Assembly: GCA_965601925.1 (NCBI GenBank)
Contig: OZ271854.1
Coordinates: 4,416,001-4,480,000, forward strand
From: Alkalispirochaeta sp.
Lineage (GTDB): Bacteria; Spirochaetota; Spirochaetia; DSM-27196; Alkalispirochaetaceae
Direction: 5' to 3'
Length of the DNA stretch: 64,000 nt
A program made the translations under genes and the position numbers. The notes below the pieces were generated by a model. That model ran no database searches. It worked only from the letters and a program-made list of their open reading frames with translations, and was not told the DNA's origin. Shown piece by piece: positions 9,323 to 19,544 of the stretch. Numbering within the stretch: the stretch's first letter is position 1; every line of letters begins with the position of its first letter.

Positions 9323-10456
9323 CTACACTCCGACGCACGTCCCGACTTGGCGCGCCGTGTCGAGCCAAGGGTGGTCGGTCGGCACCACCTTCTTCTTTCC
9401 CGCGACATCTTTCAGCGGCACCGCTTTGCACGCGTCGCCGCGGATTGCAATCATATTGTTATAGTTTCCCGTCGCCAACGCCTCGGCGGCGGCGGTACCG
9501 AGCAGTGAGCAGATCAGCCGATCGCGGGGAGACGGACTCCCGCCCCGCTGGACGTGCCCGAGCGAGGTTACCCGCGCCTCGGTACCGGTGAGCTGTTGAA
9601 TCTGCCGCGCAATTTGGCTCGCCTTGGCCTCTTGCACCAACCGGTACGGATTGCCCGCCTCGTCGTGCTCTACAACGACCTCGGGAGACTTTTTCTCCTT
9701 ACCGTTCTTCCCGTCTCGGAGCGCCGCTACCTCCTCTTGCGACATGGAGCCCTCGGAGACCGCGACGATCGAAAATCGCTTACCGCTCAGGCGGCGCGTC
9801 GCCAGATGCTCCGCGACGCGCTCCAGACGATACGGTATCTCGGGAATGAGAATGACATCCGCGCCGCCGGCAATGCCGGCACCCAGCGCCAACCAGCCGG
9901 AGTTGTGGCCCATGATCTCGCACACGATGATGCGATGGTGGCTGGTTGCGGTCGTATGGAGCCGATCGATCGCCTCGGCGGCGATCCACATGGCGGTATC
10001 GAAGCCGAATGTCGTATCCGTACCGGCGACGTCGTTATCGATCGTCTTGGGCAGGGTCAACACATTGATCCCGCCCTCCTTGTGGAGGTGGAAGGCGTTT
10101 TTTTGCGTACCGCCGCCGCCGAGACAGACGAGGCAGTCGATGTGGTGCTTATGAATGTTCTCTACCGCGGCGCGTGTCATGTCCATCTTTTTTCCGCCCA
10201 TGGGCATCTTGTGCGGTTTATCGCGAGCGGTCCCCAGAATGGTACCGCCGAGGGTAAGAATGCCGCTCACGGCGCGATCGTCCAACGCGATGGTTCTGTT
10301 TTCGACCAGGCCGCGGAATCCGTCCAAAAAACCGACCACTTTGATTCCGTACGTTCCGATCGCCGCCTTGACGACGCCGCGAATAGCGGCGTTCAGCCCG
10401 GGACAATCCCCGCCGCTGGTGAGAATTCCAATACATTTCGTCTTCGATTTTGCCAT
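9323..10456 (-). CDS. pfkA: 6-phosphofructokinase
   Basis: [40 protein letters not shown]. Confidence 0.95.
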   Translation of the reverse strand: MAKSKTKCIGILTSGGDCPGLNAAIRGVVKAAIGTYGIKVVGFLDGFRGLVENRTIALDDRAVSGILTLGGTILGTARDKPHKMPMGGKKMDMTRAAVENIHKHHIDCLVCLGGGGTQKNAFHLHKEGGINVLTLPKTIDNDVAGTDTTFGFDTAMWIAAEAIDRLHTTATSHHRIIVCEIMGHNSGWLALGAGIAGGADVILIPEIPYRLERVAEHLATRRLSGKRFSIVAVSEGSMSQEEVAALRDGKNGKEKKSPEVVVEHDEAGNPYRLVQEAKASQIARQIQQLTGTEARVTSLGHVQRGGSPSPRDRLICSLLGTAAAEALATGNYNNMIAIRGDACKAVPLKDVAGKKKVVPTDHPWLDTARQVGTCVGV

Positions 10457-10704
10457 CTGTCGTACCTCCTACGCGCCTCTCACCAGTATAGGGGCAAATG
10501 GAGACCTCATGGGAAGCACATACGGTTCATGCCGTCGACTTCGAGAGCTCGACGCTCCCCGACTCCTCACGTGGTTCAATACGCGGTGTATCGTTTCGGA
10601 TGCTACGGTCGCATCTTTTGTAATATTGCCGGACGCGAGAATCGGATTGCTCATGTTACCGCCGGTCAACGGAACAAGCGTCGCCGCCGCGCGACGATCC
10701 GACG

Positions 10705-11706
10705 TCACAGCTCGTATGAAGTCATCGCATGAGACCACGGCGGTGTGTCCGTTCGAATCCTGTCGGGGTTGGTTCCAAGACGATCCGCCATCTTACCGAC
10801 AACCAGCTGAAGAGGGATAATCGCGACGAACGGCCGCACGGGCGGGTCGCAATTCGGTATCGGGATGTCGGCGCGTGACGTACCGATCGTCGTCACCGAC
10901 GCGCCGATTTGGGACAATACCGTCTCGAGCGTGTGCGTCCGACCGTCGTCATCCACATTGGGTTCTATGACAAATGCGTGAAGGCTCTCGTCGTACGCGG
11001 CCGGCGGCCCGTGAAGCGCAAACTCGGTAGTGAGGCTATCGGTCCATCTATACGTGCCTTCTTTGATTTTGAGCGCCGCTTCGTCGGCGGTAATGGAGTC
11101 TATACCGAATCCGACGGTCAGTATTCGCTCCGCCGCGCACGCCCGTTCGATAATACGATCCGGAATGTCGGTTTGTAGCGCCGTTCTCATGACATCGGCG
11201 ACTCCCTGCATCGATCGCATGTATGTGCGCCCGCGCGCACCGAAGGTGTTCGCAATGAGTTGTGACATTACGGCCAACGCCGAGACGTACGAGACGGTGT
11301 GGGTACTCGATTGGTCGGCCGAACATGTGCGCAGAACAATATCCGCCCTCGGCGCCACCTCGGAGTCCGCGGTCACGACGACCGTGGCGGCTCCATGCGC
11401 TCGTCCTTTCTCCAATACGCGATTGGGAAACGTCTTCGTTCCGCGGTGACTCACCACGACAATCTGCGTTTCCGCCGTGATCGATCCGTGTATCGAGAGG
11501 TAGTGCGCCTCCTCGGCACGGACATCCGCGCCGTCACCGGTTATCTCCCGTATCCAATGTTCCGCCACTCGGCACGCGTGCAGCGACGTTCCGATTCCGG
11601 TCAACCGGATGGGGCGATCCGGATCAAGGGCGTGCGACTGTTCGACCGACAGAATCCGCTCAACTTCCGCCGGTTGCCGAGAGACCTCTGAAAAAAACTT
11701 GAGCAT
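10705..11706 (-). CDS. Double SIS-domain sugar-phosphate isomerase/deaminase (GlmS C-terminal-like)
   Basis: EVSRQP, TGIGTS, VSHRGT, ALKIKEG, EFALHGP; no glutaminase domain; SD AGAGGA before ATG 11706. Confidence 0.85.
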   Translation of the reverse strand: MLKFFSEVSRQPAEVERILSVEQSHALDPDRPIRLTGIGTSLHACRVAEHWIREITGDGADVRAEEAHYLSIHGSITAETQIVVVSHRGTKTFPNRVLEKGRAHGAATVVVTADSEVAPRADIVLRTCSADQSSTHTVSYVSALAVMSQLIANTFGARGRTYMRSMQGVADVMRTALQTDIPDRIIERACAAERILTVGFGIDSITADEAALKIKEGTYRWTDSLTTEFALHGPPAAYDESLHAFVIEPNVDDDGRTHTLETVLSQIGASVTTIGTSRADIPIPNCDPPVRPFVAIIPLQLVVGKMADRLGTNPDRIRTDTPPWSHAMTSYEL

Positions 11707-11767
11707 GATCGTCCTCTTTTCATCCGGCGCAAAGCCCATACGCCGGACCACGTGTGCCTACGCGTGA

Positions 11768-12382
11768 TTACTCATCGGAAATCGCAAGACGCACGGCAAA
11801 GAGCGCCAATAAGACGGCGAAGGACCGTTGAATCCAACGGACGGCGGATCGCGATTCGGTTATAACCCGTCGCGCGGCGGCCGCCATGACTCCGTATGCG
11901 ATAAAGATAAGGAGTGTCAAAAGCATGAACGCGGCACTCAGGACGGCCATCGCTCCGATCGGAGTCTCGGTCTGCGCCGGGACGAACTGCGGGAGGAAGG
12001 CGAAGAAGAACAGTGTTAATCTCGGATTCAACAAATTCAGCAGCACGGCCCGCATGATAATCCGAATCCCCCGCTCGCGGGTGGTCTCGGTTCCCATCGT
12101 CAGATTGCCCGCGTTACTCCACGTCGAGTATGCGAGGTAGAGCAAGTACACCACGCCGACAAGTCGGACAAATCGAAAGACCTGTGCGCTCGCGTGCAAT
12201 ATTGCCGTCAGACCGAACGCCGCGGCGGACACGTGAGGGATAATCCCGAGCGTGCACCCGATAGCCGCAATGACCGCAGCGCGCGTACCGCGACCGATCC
12301 CCGTGGATATCGTATAGATGACGCCGGTCCCGGGCACGACTACGACGACAAGAGCGGTCAGCACGAACTCTGTACTCAGCAT
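11768..12382 (-). CDS. LysE family translocator
   Basis: VVPGTG, YLLYLA, LNLLNPRLTLFFFAFLPQF; SD GGAGG. Confidence 0.92.
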   Translation of the reverse strand: MLSTEFVLTALVVVVVPGTGVIYTISTGIGRGTRAAVIAAIGCTLGIIPHVSAAAFGLTAILHASAQVFRFVRLVGVVYLLYLAYSTWSNAGNLTMGTETTRERGIRIIMRAVLLNLLNPRLTLFFFAFLPQFVPAQTETPIGAMAVLSAAFMLLTLLIFIAYGVMAAAARRVITESRSAVRWIQRSFAVLLALFAVRLAISDE

Positions 12383-12579
12383 AGAACCTCCAGTACCGGC
12401 TACATGCGGCTTGATACGTGCACACCGTACCACATGGCGCTAAGCCGGTATACTCTCCCGCTCGAGACCGAAACGTGAGGAGCGACCGGACGCATGGATG
12501 CGATTCTACGCACTCCCTCGCTCAAGGCATCCCGGACGGTTCTCTTGTCTCAACAAGCGCCGGCGGATACACTGACAGC

Positions 12580-13257
12580 GTGGCGACGAGTACCGTTGAG
12601 CAGTATCTCAAGACTATGTTTCTTCTTGAACGGAGGACGGGGACACCGTGCATCCCGATGAAAACGCTTGCCGACGGCATGGGAGTGACACCGGGAACAG
12701 CCACGGCGATGGCCAAGCATTTGGCCGCCCAAGGCCTGATCGACTATCGCCCGCGACGCGGTACCGTCCTCAACGATGAGGGTCGCGCCGTGGCGATAAA
12801 AATGGTCCGTCGTCACCGCCTTATCGAGACGTTTTTGGAACGGGTGCTGGAGTACGACTGGAGTGAGGTCCATTCCGATGCCGAGGAGCTCGAACACGTC
12901 GTGTCGGACCGCTTCGTCGAGTGCATCGATCGACTTCTCGGCTATCCCGAGGCCGACCCCCACGGCGACCCGATTCCGCGCGCCGACGGCGCGTTTGCCT
13001 CACAGGCATTGATCAGTTTGGCCGACGCTACGGCGGGACAGGATCTCGTTGTCGCCCGAATCGTCGACGACAGCGACGCATTTCTGCAGCTGATGAAAGA
13101 TAAACGCATCGTCCCCGGCGAGGTGCTCCGTCTCGTGGAAAACAACCCCGTCGCCGGTACGGTGACCGTCGAGACCTCGGCGCTCAGAGAAACGCCGTTG
13201 GCCCTCGGTCACGACATGGCCAGGAGCATTCTGGTGCGCGAGCCGGCATCTTCCTGA
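12580..13257 (+). CDS. DtxR/MntR family metal-dependent repressor with FeoA-like C-terminus
   Basis: TVEQYLK, RRHRLIETFL, EVHSDAEELEHVVS, DPHGDPIP; GTG start. Confidence 0.93.
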   Translation: MATSTVEQYLKTMFLLERRTGTPCIPMKTLADGMGVTPGTATAMAKHLAAQGLIDYRPRRGTVLNDEGRAVAIKMVRRHRLIETFLERVLEYDWSEVHSDAEELEHVVSDRFVECIDRLLGYPEADPHGDPIPRADGAFASQALISLADATAGQDLVVARIVDDSDAFLQLMKDKRIVPGEVLRLVENNPVAGTVTVETSALRETPLALGHDMARSILVREPASS

Positions 13258-13318
13258 TCGGCCCGTCGCCGCCAACCGATTCAAGAACGACGCCGAAGCT
13301 CACCGCTGCGGTTCTGCG

Positions 13319-13924
13319 CTACAGGACTCCCTTGGTGGAGAGAATCGACGTAGTCGGTCGGTACGCCGCTCCGAGAGCCCGTCCGGCGGATTTGAAGATC
13401 GCCTCGGCCAAATGATGCCCGTTCACACCGTAGCGACCGATTACGTGTATATTCGCCAGAGCATTCCCGACGAACCCTTGAAAGAACTCGCGTACGAGCG
13501 CTAAGTCGAACCGTCCGGCGTGGCCTTGCGGAAACTCCGCATGAAAGACGAGATAACTTCGCCCCGATACGTCGACGACCGTCTCCGCCAGTGCGTCGTC
13601 CATGGGCACAATCGCGTGACCGAACCGCTCGACCGGGCCCTGCTCCTCGACGACGCGGCGAAATGCTTGACCCAGTACGATCCCGATGTCCTCTACGGTG
13701 TGGTGATCGTCGACGTCAAGATCACCGACGGCTTTGATACGGCACGAGAATCCGCCGTGAAAGAGCATGGCGGACAACATATGGTCGAAGAACGGGACAC
13801 CGGTAGCGATATCGAGTCCCGTATCGCGGTCAAGAGTCGGTTGATCGGTGGAGGCTTCAAATCGGCCCAACTCAACGCGTATGTCGGTCTCGCGAGTCGT
13901 TCGTTCGATGGCAATGCGCTTCAT
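13319..13924 (-). CDS. hisB: Imidazoleglycerol-phosphate dehydratase
   Basis: RTTRETDI, FFDHML, DDHHTVED, PMDDAL, NGHHLAEAIFK. Confidence 0.96.
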   Translation of the reverse strand: MKRIAIERTTRETDIRVELGRFEASTDQPTLDRDTGLDIATGVPFFDHMLSAMLFHGGFSCRIKAVGDLDVDDHHTVEDIGIVLGQAFRRVVEEQGPVERFGHAIVPMDDALAETVVDVSGRSYLVFHAEFPQGHAGRFDLALVREFFQGFVGNALANIHVIGRYGVNGHHLAEAIFKSAGRALGAAYRPTTSILSTKGVL

Positions 13925-13943
13925 GGAATCTCCTATTTACTGA

Positions 13944-15341
13944 GTGTCTCGTTTTGCGACCCGCGCAACTCGTATAGTATACTGTGAGCGCGTGACGCGA
14001 ACAGAACCGCCGGCGCCTAACTTTCTCCTTCGCTGGTCGATCCAAGCCGTAGCCGCCGGTGTGATAGGGACCGTTTTGGTGCGCATGTTCGCGCTCCTCG
14101 TCGGTCGAATGGGCGCGCTGTTCGTCGCGTACGATCTCCATCCCATCATCGTAGCGGCGACCGCAGCGGTCGTCGTCGGGGCCGTCGTCTACAAAATCGC
14201 TCCGGGTGCGTCGGGAGAGGGGATTCCCGCCTATCTGGTGTCCGTACGGTCGTCGGGTATCCATATGCCCGTTCTCGATACGGTACTCAAGTTTCCCGCG
14301 GCGGTGATTACCGTCGCCTGCTACGGAAGCGGCGGCGGAATCGGTCCGGTGGGAAGAGTCGCGTCGGGTCTCGCCCAGACGTTGACGATCCAGCTGCAAC
14401 GGTGGTTTCCACGCCTCTTCGCCGACCACCGACAACACCACGCCAACTATCACGCTCCCACGACCGCGGCCATCGGTGGAATGGCGGCGGTCGTCGCTGC
14501 GGTGTTCCACGCACCGGTCGCCGGAGCGATCTTCGCGGTCGAGGTAATCCAGACCGACCGGCTGCAATATCACCAACTGTTTCCCGCGGTCCTCGCCTCG
14601 AGCACCGCGGTCTTTGCCGCTCGCGCGCTCGGTTGGGACGCCCCGGTCGCGGCGAGTGTGCCGCCCTTTGTCGCCGACGTCGGCATACTCCTCCCCGTTG
14701 TGGCGCTCGGTTTGATTACCGGCGGTCTCGGCCTCGCCTACACGGGGTTGTACAGGCGCATAGCGGCTCTGTTCGGGCGTGATAAACGCACCGCGCGCAC
14801 TCCCCGTCTCGCGATCGGGATGATCGGCACCGCGGTGCTCGACATGGGCGTCAGCCCCGCACTGGCCGGCACATCGCCCGTACTATTCGCTCTGGTCGTA
14901 TCGGGCGAGTTACACCGGCTTTCAATCTCGGCGGGGCCGGGACTATCGGTCATTCCCACCCTGATACTCCTGTTGATCGCGAAGATCGTGGGCAACTGTC
15001 TCACGACGGGCTCTGGGATGAGCGCCGGTTTCACCGGTCCGGCCGTACTCGTCGGGACGCTCACCGGGGCGATCGTGGGAACGATTCTGGGAACGACACT
15101 CGGCTCACCGCAGTACACCACGCTCGTGGCGGCAGGACTATCGGGCATGCTCGCGGCGACTATCAACACCCCGTTGGCGGCGGCGGTGCTCACCGTGGAA
15201 CTGTTCGAACCGGGCTACGGGATTCCCGCAGGATTATCGGCTATGATCGCCTTTCAGGTCGCACGCTTCAGTACAATCTACGACGTTGCACTCGAGAATC
15301 GGCGGGAGGAGCGATCCGCCGACGATCGGCACGCGAGCTAA
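13944..15341 (+). CDS. ClC family chloride channel-like membrane protein with non-canonical filter motifs, no CBS domain (start may be GTG 13992)
   Basis: GEGIP, APVAGAIFAVEV, GSGMSAGFTGP, NTPLAAAVLTVE, terminal TIY. Confidence 0.85.
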   Translation: MSRFATRATRIVYCERVTRTEPPAPNFLLRWSIQAVAAGVIGTVLVRMFALLVGRMGALFVAYDLHPIIVAATAAVVVGAVVYKIAPGASGEGIPAYLVSVRSSGIHMPVLDTVLKFPAAVITVACYGSGGGIGPVGRVASGLAQTLTIQLQRWFPRLFADHRQHHANYHAPTTAAIGGMAAVVAAVFHAPVAGAIFAVEVIQTDRLQYHQLFPAVLASSTAVFAARALGWDAPVAASVPPFVADVGILLPVVALGLITGGLGLAYTGLYRRIAALFGRDKRTARTPRLAIGMIGTAVLDMGVSPALAGTSPVLFALVVSGELHRLSISAGPGLSVIPTLILLLIAKIVGNCLTTGSGMSAGFTGPAVLVGTLTGAIVGTILGTTLGSPQYTTLVAAGLSGMLAATINTPLAAAVLTVELFEPGYGIPAGLSAMIAFQVARFSTIYDVALENRREERSADDRHAS

Positions 15342-15381
15342 TCGGACAAAGGGGATCGGGACTCCCCGGCCAATCAGACGA

Positions 15382-16329
15382 CTACCGACGTGAAAAGAAC
15401 CGCCCTTCGATGTCGCTCAAGCGCGGCGGATCGGCACCGGGTCGACTACACGTCACCGACGCCACCGTGCCGGCAAAAGCGAGCATACGCTCCATCCCGT
15501 CGGGTGGTAGGACGCGGATGCGGTCGCGACTCAGCAAGCCCTCGTGGTACAGCCACGCCAGGATGGCCGCGTGGAATGAATCGCCCGCACCGATCGTATC
15601 GGATACGGTAGTCGGTACGGCTCGGGCTCGTACCGTGTTGTCGGCCGTACACGCGAACGATCCCTTATCGCCGAGAGTAACGACGACGAGGTGAGCGCCG
15701 CGTCCGATCATCTCGCGCGCCGCCGACTCCAAGTCGGACGTCCCGGCGATCCACTCCAGATCTTCGTCGCTGACCTTTACAATCGTACTCGCCGCAACGC
15801 CCCGCTGTACGCGCAGTCGGTAGTCGGCCTCGTCGTCGATAAGAACGGCGCGTATGTTCGGGTCGAAAGAGACGACACGACGCTCGCCCTCGCCCTCGAC
15901 AAAATCGAGAATGGTCGAACCCGTCGGATCGGCAATGAGAGAGATCGATCCGAACTGAATGGCCCGGGCGGCATCCGCAAGCGCGGGAATCTCGGCGGTG
16001 GTCAGGGCGCGATCGGCGGCACCGTTCGTGAAAAAAGCGTATCGCGCCTCGCCGGAGGCCGTCTTTTTCACGAATGCAAGGGTACTTGGAGCGGCGGGAC
16101 GCACGATCATCTCGGTAGAGACGCCGTTACTCGCGAGATTGTCGACGAGTTGATCGCCGAAGAAATCACTGGAGATTTTCCCCAGGAACGCGGCCGGAAC
16201 GTCGAGACGGGCGCACGCGATTGCCGAGTTGTACGGCGAGCCGCCGGGGGCGGGACGATAGGTCGGTTGTTCCTCCGCATCACCCATGGGAATGAAGTCG
16301 ATCAACGCTTCGCCTATGTGTACGATCAT
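15382..16329 (-). CDS. PfkB family carbohydrate kinase (fructokinase-like)
   Basis: GEALIDF, PGGSPYN, FDPNIR, KVSDED, DTIGAGDSF. Confidence 0.93.
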   Translation of the reverse strand: MIVHIGEALIDFIPMGDAEEQPTYRPAPGGSPYNSAIACARLDVPAAFLGKISSDFFGDQLVDNLASNGVSTEMIVRPAAPSTLAFVKKTASGEARYAFFTNGAADRALTTAEIPALADAARAIQFGSISLIADPTGSTILDFVEGEGERRVVSFDPNIRAVLIDDEADYRLRVQRGVAASTIVKVSDEDLEWIAGTSDLESAAREMIGRGAHLVVVTLGDKGSFACTADNTVRARAVPTTVSDTIGAGDSFHAAILAWLYHEGLLSRDRIRVLPPDGMERMLAFAGTVASVTCSRPGADPPRLSDIEGRFFSRR

Positions 16330-16393
16330 GGAGCGATGATACGACGTCCGCCCTCGGTATCGCAACTCGCTTCCGCGCTGCTATAATGGCGGC

Positions 16394-17521
16394 ATGTTGA
16401 CCGTGCCGCTGTATCCCGACCAATTTACTCCCGTCGAGCGAGAAGTCCTACGCTACGACGAGTTTCTCGTTTCGGCCTTTCGCTATCCGTCGGGAGTCGA
16501 GGCGTTGCGCATCGCCAATAGCGCGGGTGAGGCGATCGCGCTCCCGTTTCAAGGGCAACAGATTTGGGACCTGAGTATGTTCGGACGGCGTCAGACGATG
16601 CGTTCGATGTTCGATCAACCGCGCAGCGGCGTACCGTTTTTGGAGACCTACGGCGGCTTTCTCATCCACTGCGGGTTTTCCGCGATGGGCGGCCCCGGCC
16701 CGGAGGACGACCACCCGCTTCACGGCGAGCTACCCAATATTCGGTATGACGAAGCATCGCTTGTCGCGGACAACGACGAAGCGGGACCGTATATCGCCCT
16801 CACCGGGAGCGTAGAGTTCGCCCGCGCCTTCGGCCCCCACTATCGGGCGACGCCGGAGGTGAGGATGTACCCGAAGTCCGGCGCCCTGCGCGTGATATTC
16901 GAAGCGGTGAACATGAAAAAAACTCCGATGGAGTACATGTACCTCTGTCACGTGAACTTTCGTCCCGTGGACGACGGCGAGCTGCTCTATACCGCCCCGT
17001 GCGATCCCGACCACGTTCGGGTGAGGAGCAACATTCCGTCTCATCTGACGGTGAGCGACGCGTATCGCGACTTTCTCGCCGATCTTCGTCACCATCCGGA
17101 GAAGCAAAATCGGCTCGCACCCGACCTCCCATTCGACCCCGAGGCGGTGCTTTTTATCGACATGAACGCCGACCGGGACGGGATGGCCCACGCAATGCAG
17201 CGTCATCCGACCGGCGAAGGCGACTTTGTGAGCTACCGTCCGCGCGAGTTGGACCATGCGGTACGTTGGATTTGCCGTACCGCCGATCAGGACGGCTTGG
17301 GAATCGTACTGCCGGCGACGGCGGAGCCGGACGGGTACACGGCGGAGAAAAAAAAGGGGAACGTCAAACAGCTCGCCCCGGGGGAGCGATTCCGTTGCGA
17401 TTTTCTTGCCGGTGCGCTCTCCGCCTCGGCGGCGCAACGATACGCGGCTCACATAGACGACACCGCCGGCGGCGGCGGCGCACACATGGATGTAGTTTCG
17501 CTCGATGCCAAGTCACATTAG
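16394..17521 (+). CDS. DUF4432 / aldose 1-epimerase-like protein (DeoM-like)
   Basis: LPFQGQQIW, FLIHCG, HPLHGELP, YMYLCHVNF, PATAEPDG. Confidence 0.8.
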   Translation: MLTVPLYPDQFTPVEREVLRYDEFLVSAFRYPSGVEALRIANSAGEAIALPFQGQQIWDLSMFGRRQTMRSMFDQPRSGVPFLETYGGFLIHCGFSAMGGPGPEDDHPLHGELPNIRYDEASLVADNDEAGPYIALTGSVEFARAFGPHYRATPEVRMYPKSGALRVIFEAVNMKKTPMEYMYLCHVNFRPVDDGELLYTAPCDPDHVRVRSNIPSHLTVSDAYRDFLADLRHHPEKQNRLAPDLPFDPEAVLFIDMNADRDGMAHAMQRHPTGEGDFVSYRPRELDHAVRWICRTADQDGLGIVLPATAEPDGYTAEKKKGNVKQLAPGERFRCDFLAGALSASAAQRYAAHIDDTAGGGGAHMDVVSLDAKSH

Positions 17522-18548
17522 CCACGCTCTTCTCGCCGAGGAGTGCGGCTCGCAACTGGTGGTCCCGCAACAGTATCCGCTTCTGATACTGGGCGCCCAG
17601 GGTCCCGACGTCTTCCTCCACAACCACCGACGCAAACCGCGCGGATTTCGTTACGGCGCCCTTCTCCACCGCAAGGGGAACGCCGAGCTTCTGGCGTCCC
17701 TCGCCGTATCGGCTCACCGGACGGACGCGCAACAAGGACGCGCCGAAGAGGCTCCCGGTACCGGTGACAAGCTCGAAGCGTACGCTCTGGGCTACATAAG
17801 CCACGTGTGGTTCGACAGACTCGCCCACCCCTACATAAACTTCTCCGCCGGCTGGCGCGGCGTACCGGATCGACATCCCGACCGTCCGGCGATGCACGCA
17901 TTTCTCGAGCGGCTCATCGACGTAACGCTGTTACGTCGGCTCCGCGATTCAAGCGTGAACGAGTACCGTTTCGTCGATCGTCTCCCCGATCGCGTAGGAC
18001 TCTTTTTTCGGCTGCGACCCATCGTGGTTGAGGCGATTCGGAGCAGCTTGGTGAGCGCGCGCGAGGACGGGAATCTTCCCCGGAGACTACAGAATGCACT
18101 GTACGACAGTTTCGGCTTCTACCGTTACACCGAGTCGCCCGATCGACAGTACTTCACGACTGCGCGGCTGCGCGAGCGGGAGGGCACGATATCATCACGC
18201 TGGCTGTCGGTCGTACATCCGCCGGAAGAGCTGATCGATGTCGACGTCCTCAACACCGAACGTCGCACATGGACGCATCCGTGCGACGAGGGGCGCCGAT
18301 CCGATGCCGCGTTCTTGGACCTGTTTCGCGAGGCTCGCCTTCGCACCGCAGAGAGCTTTGCGCTCTGGCGCGCTCTTCGCCTCGATCCGTCGCCGGGTGC
18401 TACCTCGACGTTCATCGACGCGATCGGCCCGTGGAATCTTAACGACGGACTACGGAGCGACCCACCGTGCCACCGCCGCTATTGCGACCCCCTCCCCCTT
18501 TTGGAACTGTACGCAGCGATGAAGCGCTCTTTCGACCGCACGGCCTGA
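17505..18548 (+). CDS. Zinc-dependent phospholipase C / S1-P1 nuclease-like protein
   Basis: MPSHISH, LGAQGPD, LH, GYISHVWFD..AHPYI, HAFLE metal-ligand pattern. Confidence 0.75.
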   Translation: MPSHISHALLAEECGSQLVVPQQYPLLILGAQGPDVFLHNHRRKPRGFRYGALLHRKGNAELLASLAVSAHRTDAQQGRAEEAPGTGDKLEAYALGYISHVWFDRLAHPYINFSAGWRGVPDRHPDRPAMHAFLERLIDVTLLRRLRDSSVNEYRFVDRLPDRVGLFFRLRPIVVEAIRSSLVSAREDGNLPRRLQNALYDSFGFYRYTESPDRQYFTTARLREREGTISSRWLSVVHPPEELIDVDVLNTERRTWTHPCDEGRRSDAAFLDLFREARLRTAESFALWRALRLDPSPGATSTFIDAIGPWNLNDGLRSDPPCHRRYCDPLPLLELYAAMKRSFDRTA

Positions 18549-18595
18549 ACGGAACAGGAGGGAACGGTCGCGCGTACCGAGAGCGTCGAGCGCCT

Positions 18596-19531
18596 CTACA
18601 TCGGTGACTTACACCAAATCCACCCTTCGATTCGCGCCGCCTCACGATCGGTGGGCTCGGGAAGATCGCAGCACCACACGTCGGCGCCGTTGTAGACACA
18701 CACGACCGCGTCGAGCGTATCGGCGGTGCGGACGACCTCTTCTTCCGGGACTCGGTCGATCGCCTTGGCGCGCCACTCGCGCGGCTCCGACCGCGTCAGA
18801 CGAGTGAGTACGGCGCGGAAAAGATCGTGTCTCCGCTCATGGGCGTCACGCGGACGATACCCCCTCGTGTCGATCCGCTCGGAGGCGAACCACGCGGCGG
18901 GATACGACTCTACCAGCCATATCGGGAGCTTGACATTCGCAGGTCCGGCGTCACGGATATCGGCCGGGTCGCGTATCGCGCGCACGGCCTCGATATCGAG
19001 GGCGAGACGAATCTCCCGCCGCACGTGGCGACGCAACTCCTCGACGCGCCACAGGACCGCGGAGGCGGTACGCGCAATGCGATCCGCTCCCACGTCGAGG
19101 GGTGTCTTGCCGACGCGCCGTCGAATATCGCGGTCGGTAGCGCGCCGAAAGAGACTATCAGCATCGCCGACGAGTGCCGAACCGGCTCTATGGTCGACCA
19201 GCGCCCGGCCGAGCGCCGCCGGCCATCCCAGCGGAGCATCGACGCACAGGAGTATCGGGCAGCGAAGAGCCACCTCCTCGACCCATCTCGTAACGGTCTC
19301 GACTATCGCGGCATCGTTTATCGGCGAGACGACGTCGTGTATGGTCACGATCCGGGAGTCGCCGGAGTCGTCCGAACCGCGCGTTGCGCGGCCGTCCATC
19401 CGTGCCGTCTCTTCGGCGCGACGTTCGACGGTGAGGTCGCCCACGGCGAGGGCGTTATTACGCGGATCGACTGCGGCGTCCCAGCCGATGATACGGCATA
19501 TCGGGTGTGACCCTGCAGGTGCGCCGCTCAC
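18596..19531 (-). CDS. DUF429 family predicted RNase H-fold nuclease
   Basis: IIGWDAA, VDAPLGWP, RATDR, ESYPAA, DTLDAVVC, EGWIW. Confidence 0.8.
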   Translation of the reverse strand: MSGAPAGSHPICRIIGWDAAVDPRNNALAVGDLTVERRAEETARMDGRATRGSDDSGDSRIVTIHDVVSPINDAAIVETVTRWVEEVALRCPILLCVDAPLGWPAALGRALVDHRAGSALVGDADSLFRRATDRDIRRRVGKTPLDVGADRIARTASAVLWRVEELRRHVRREIRLALDIEAVRAIRDPADIRDAGPANVKLPIWLVESYPAAWFASERIDTRGYRPRDAHERRHDLFRAVLTRLTRSEPREWRAKAIDRVPEEEVVRTADTLDAVVCVYNGADVWCCDLPEPTDREAARIEGWIWCKSPM

Positions 19532-19544
19532 CCGGCCGGCCAGG

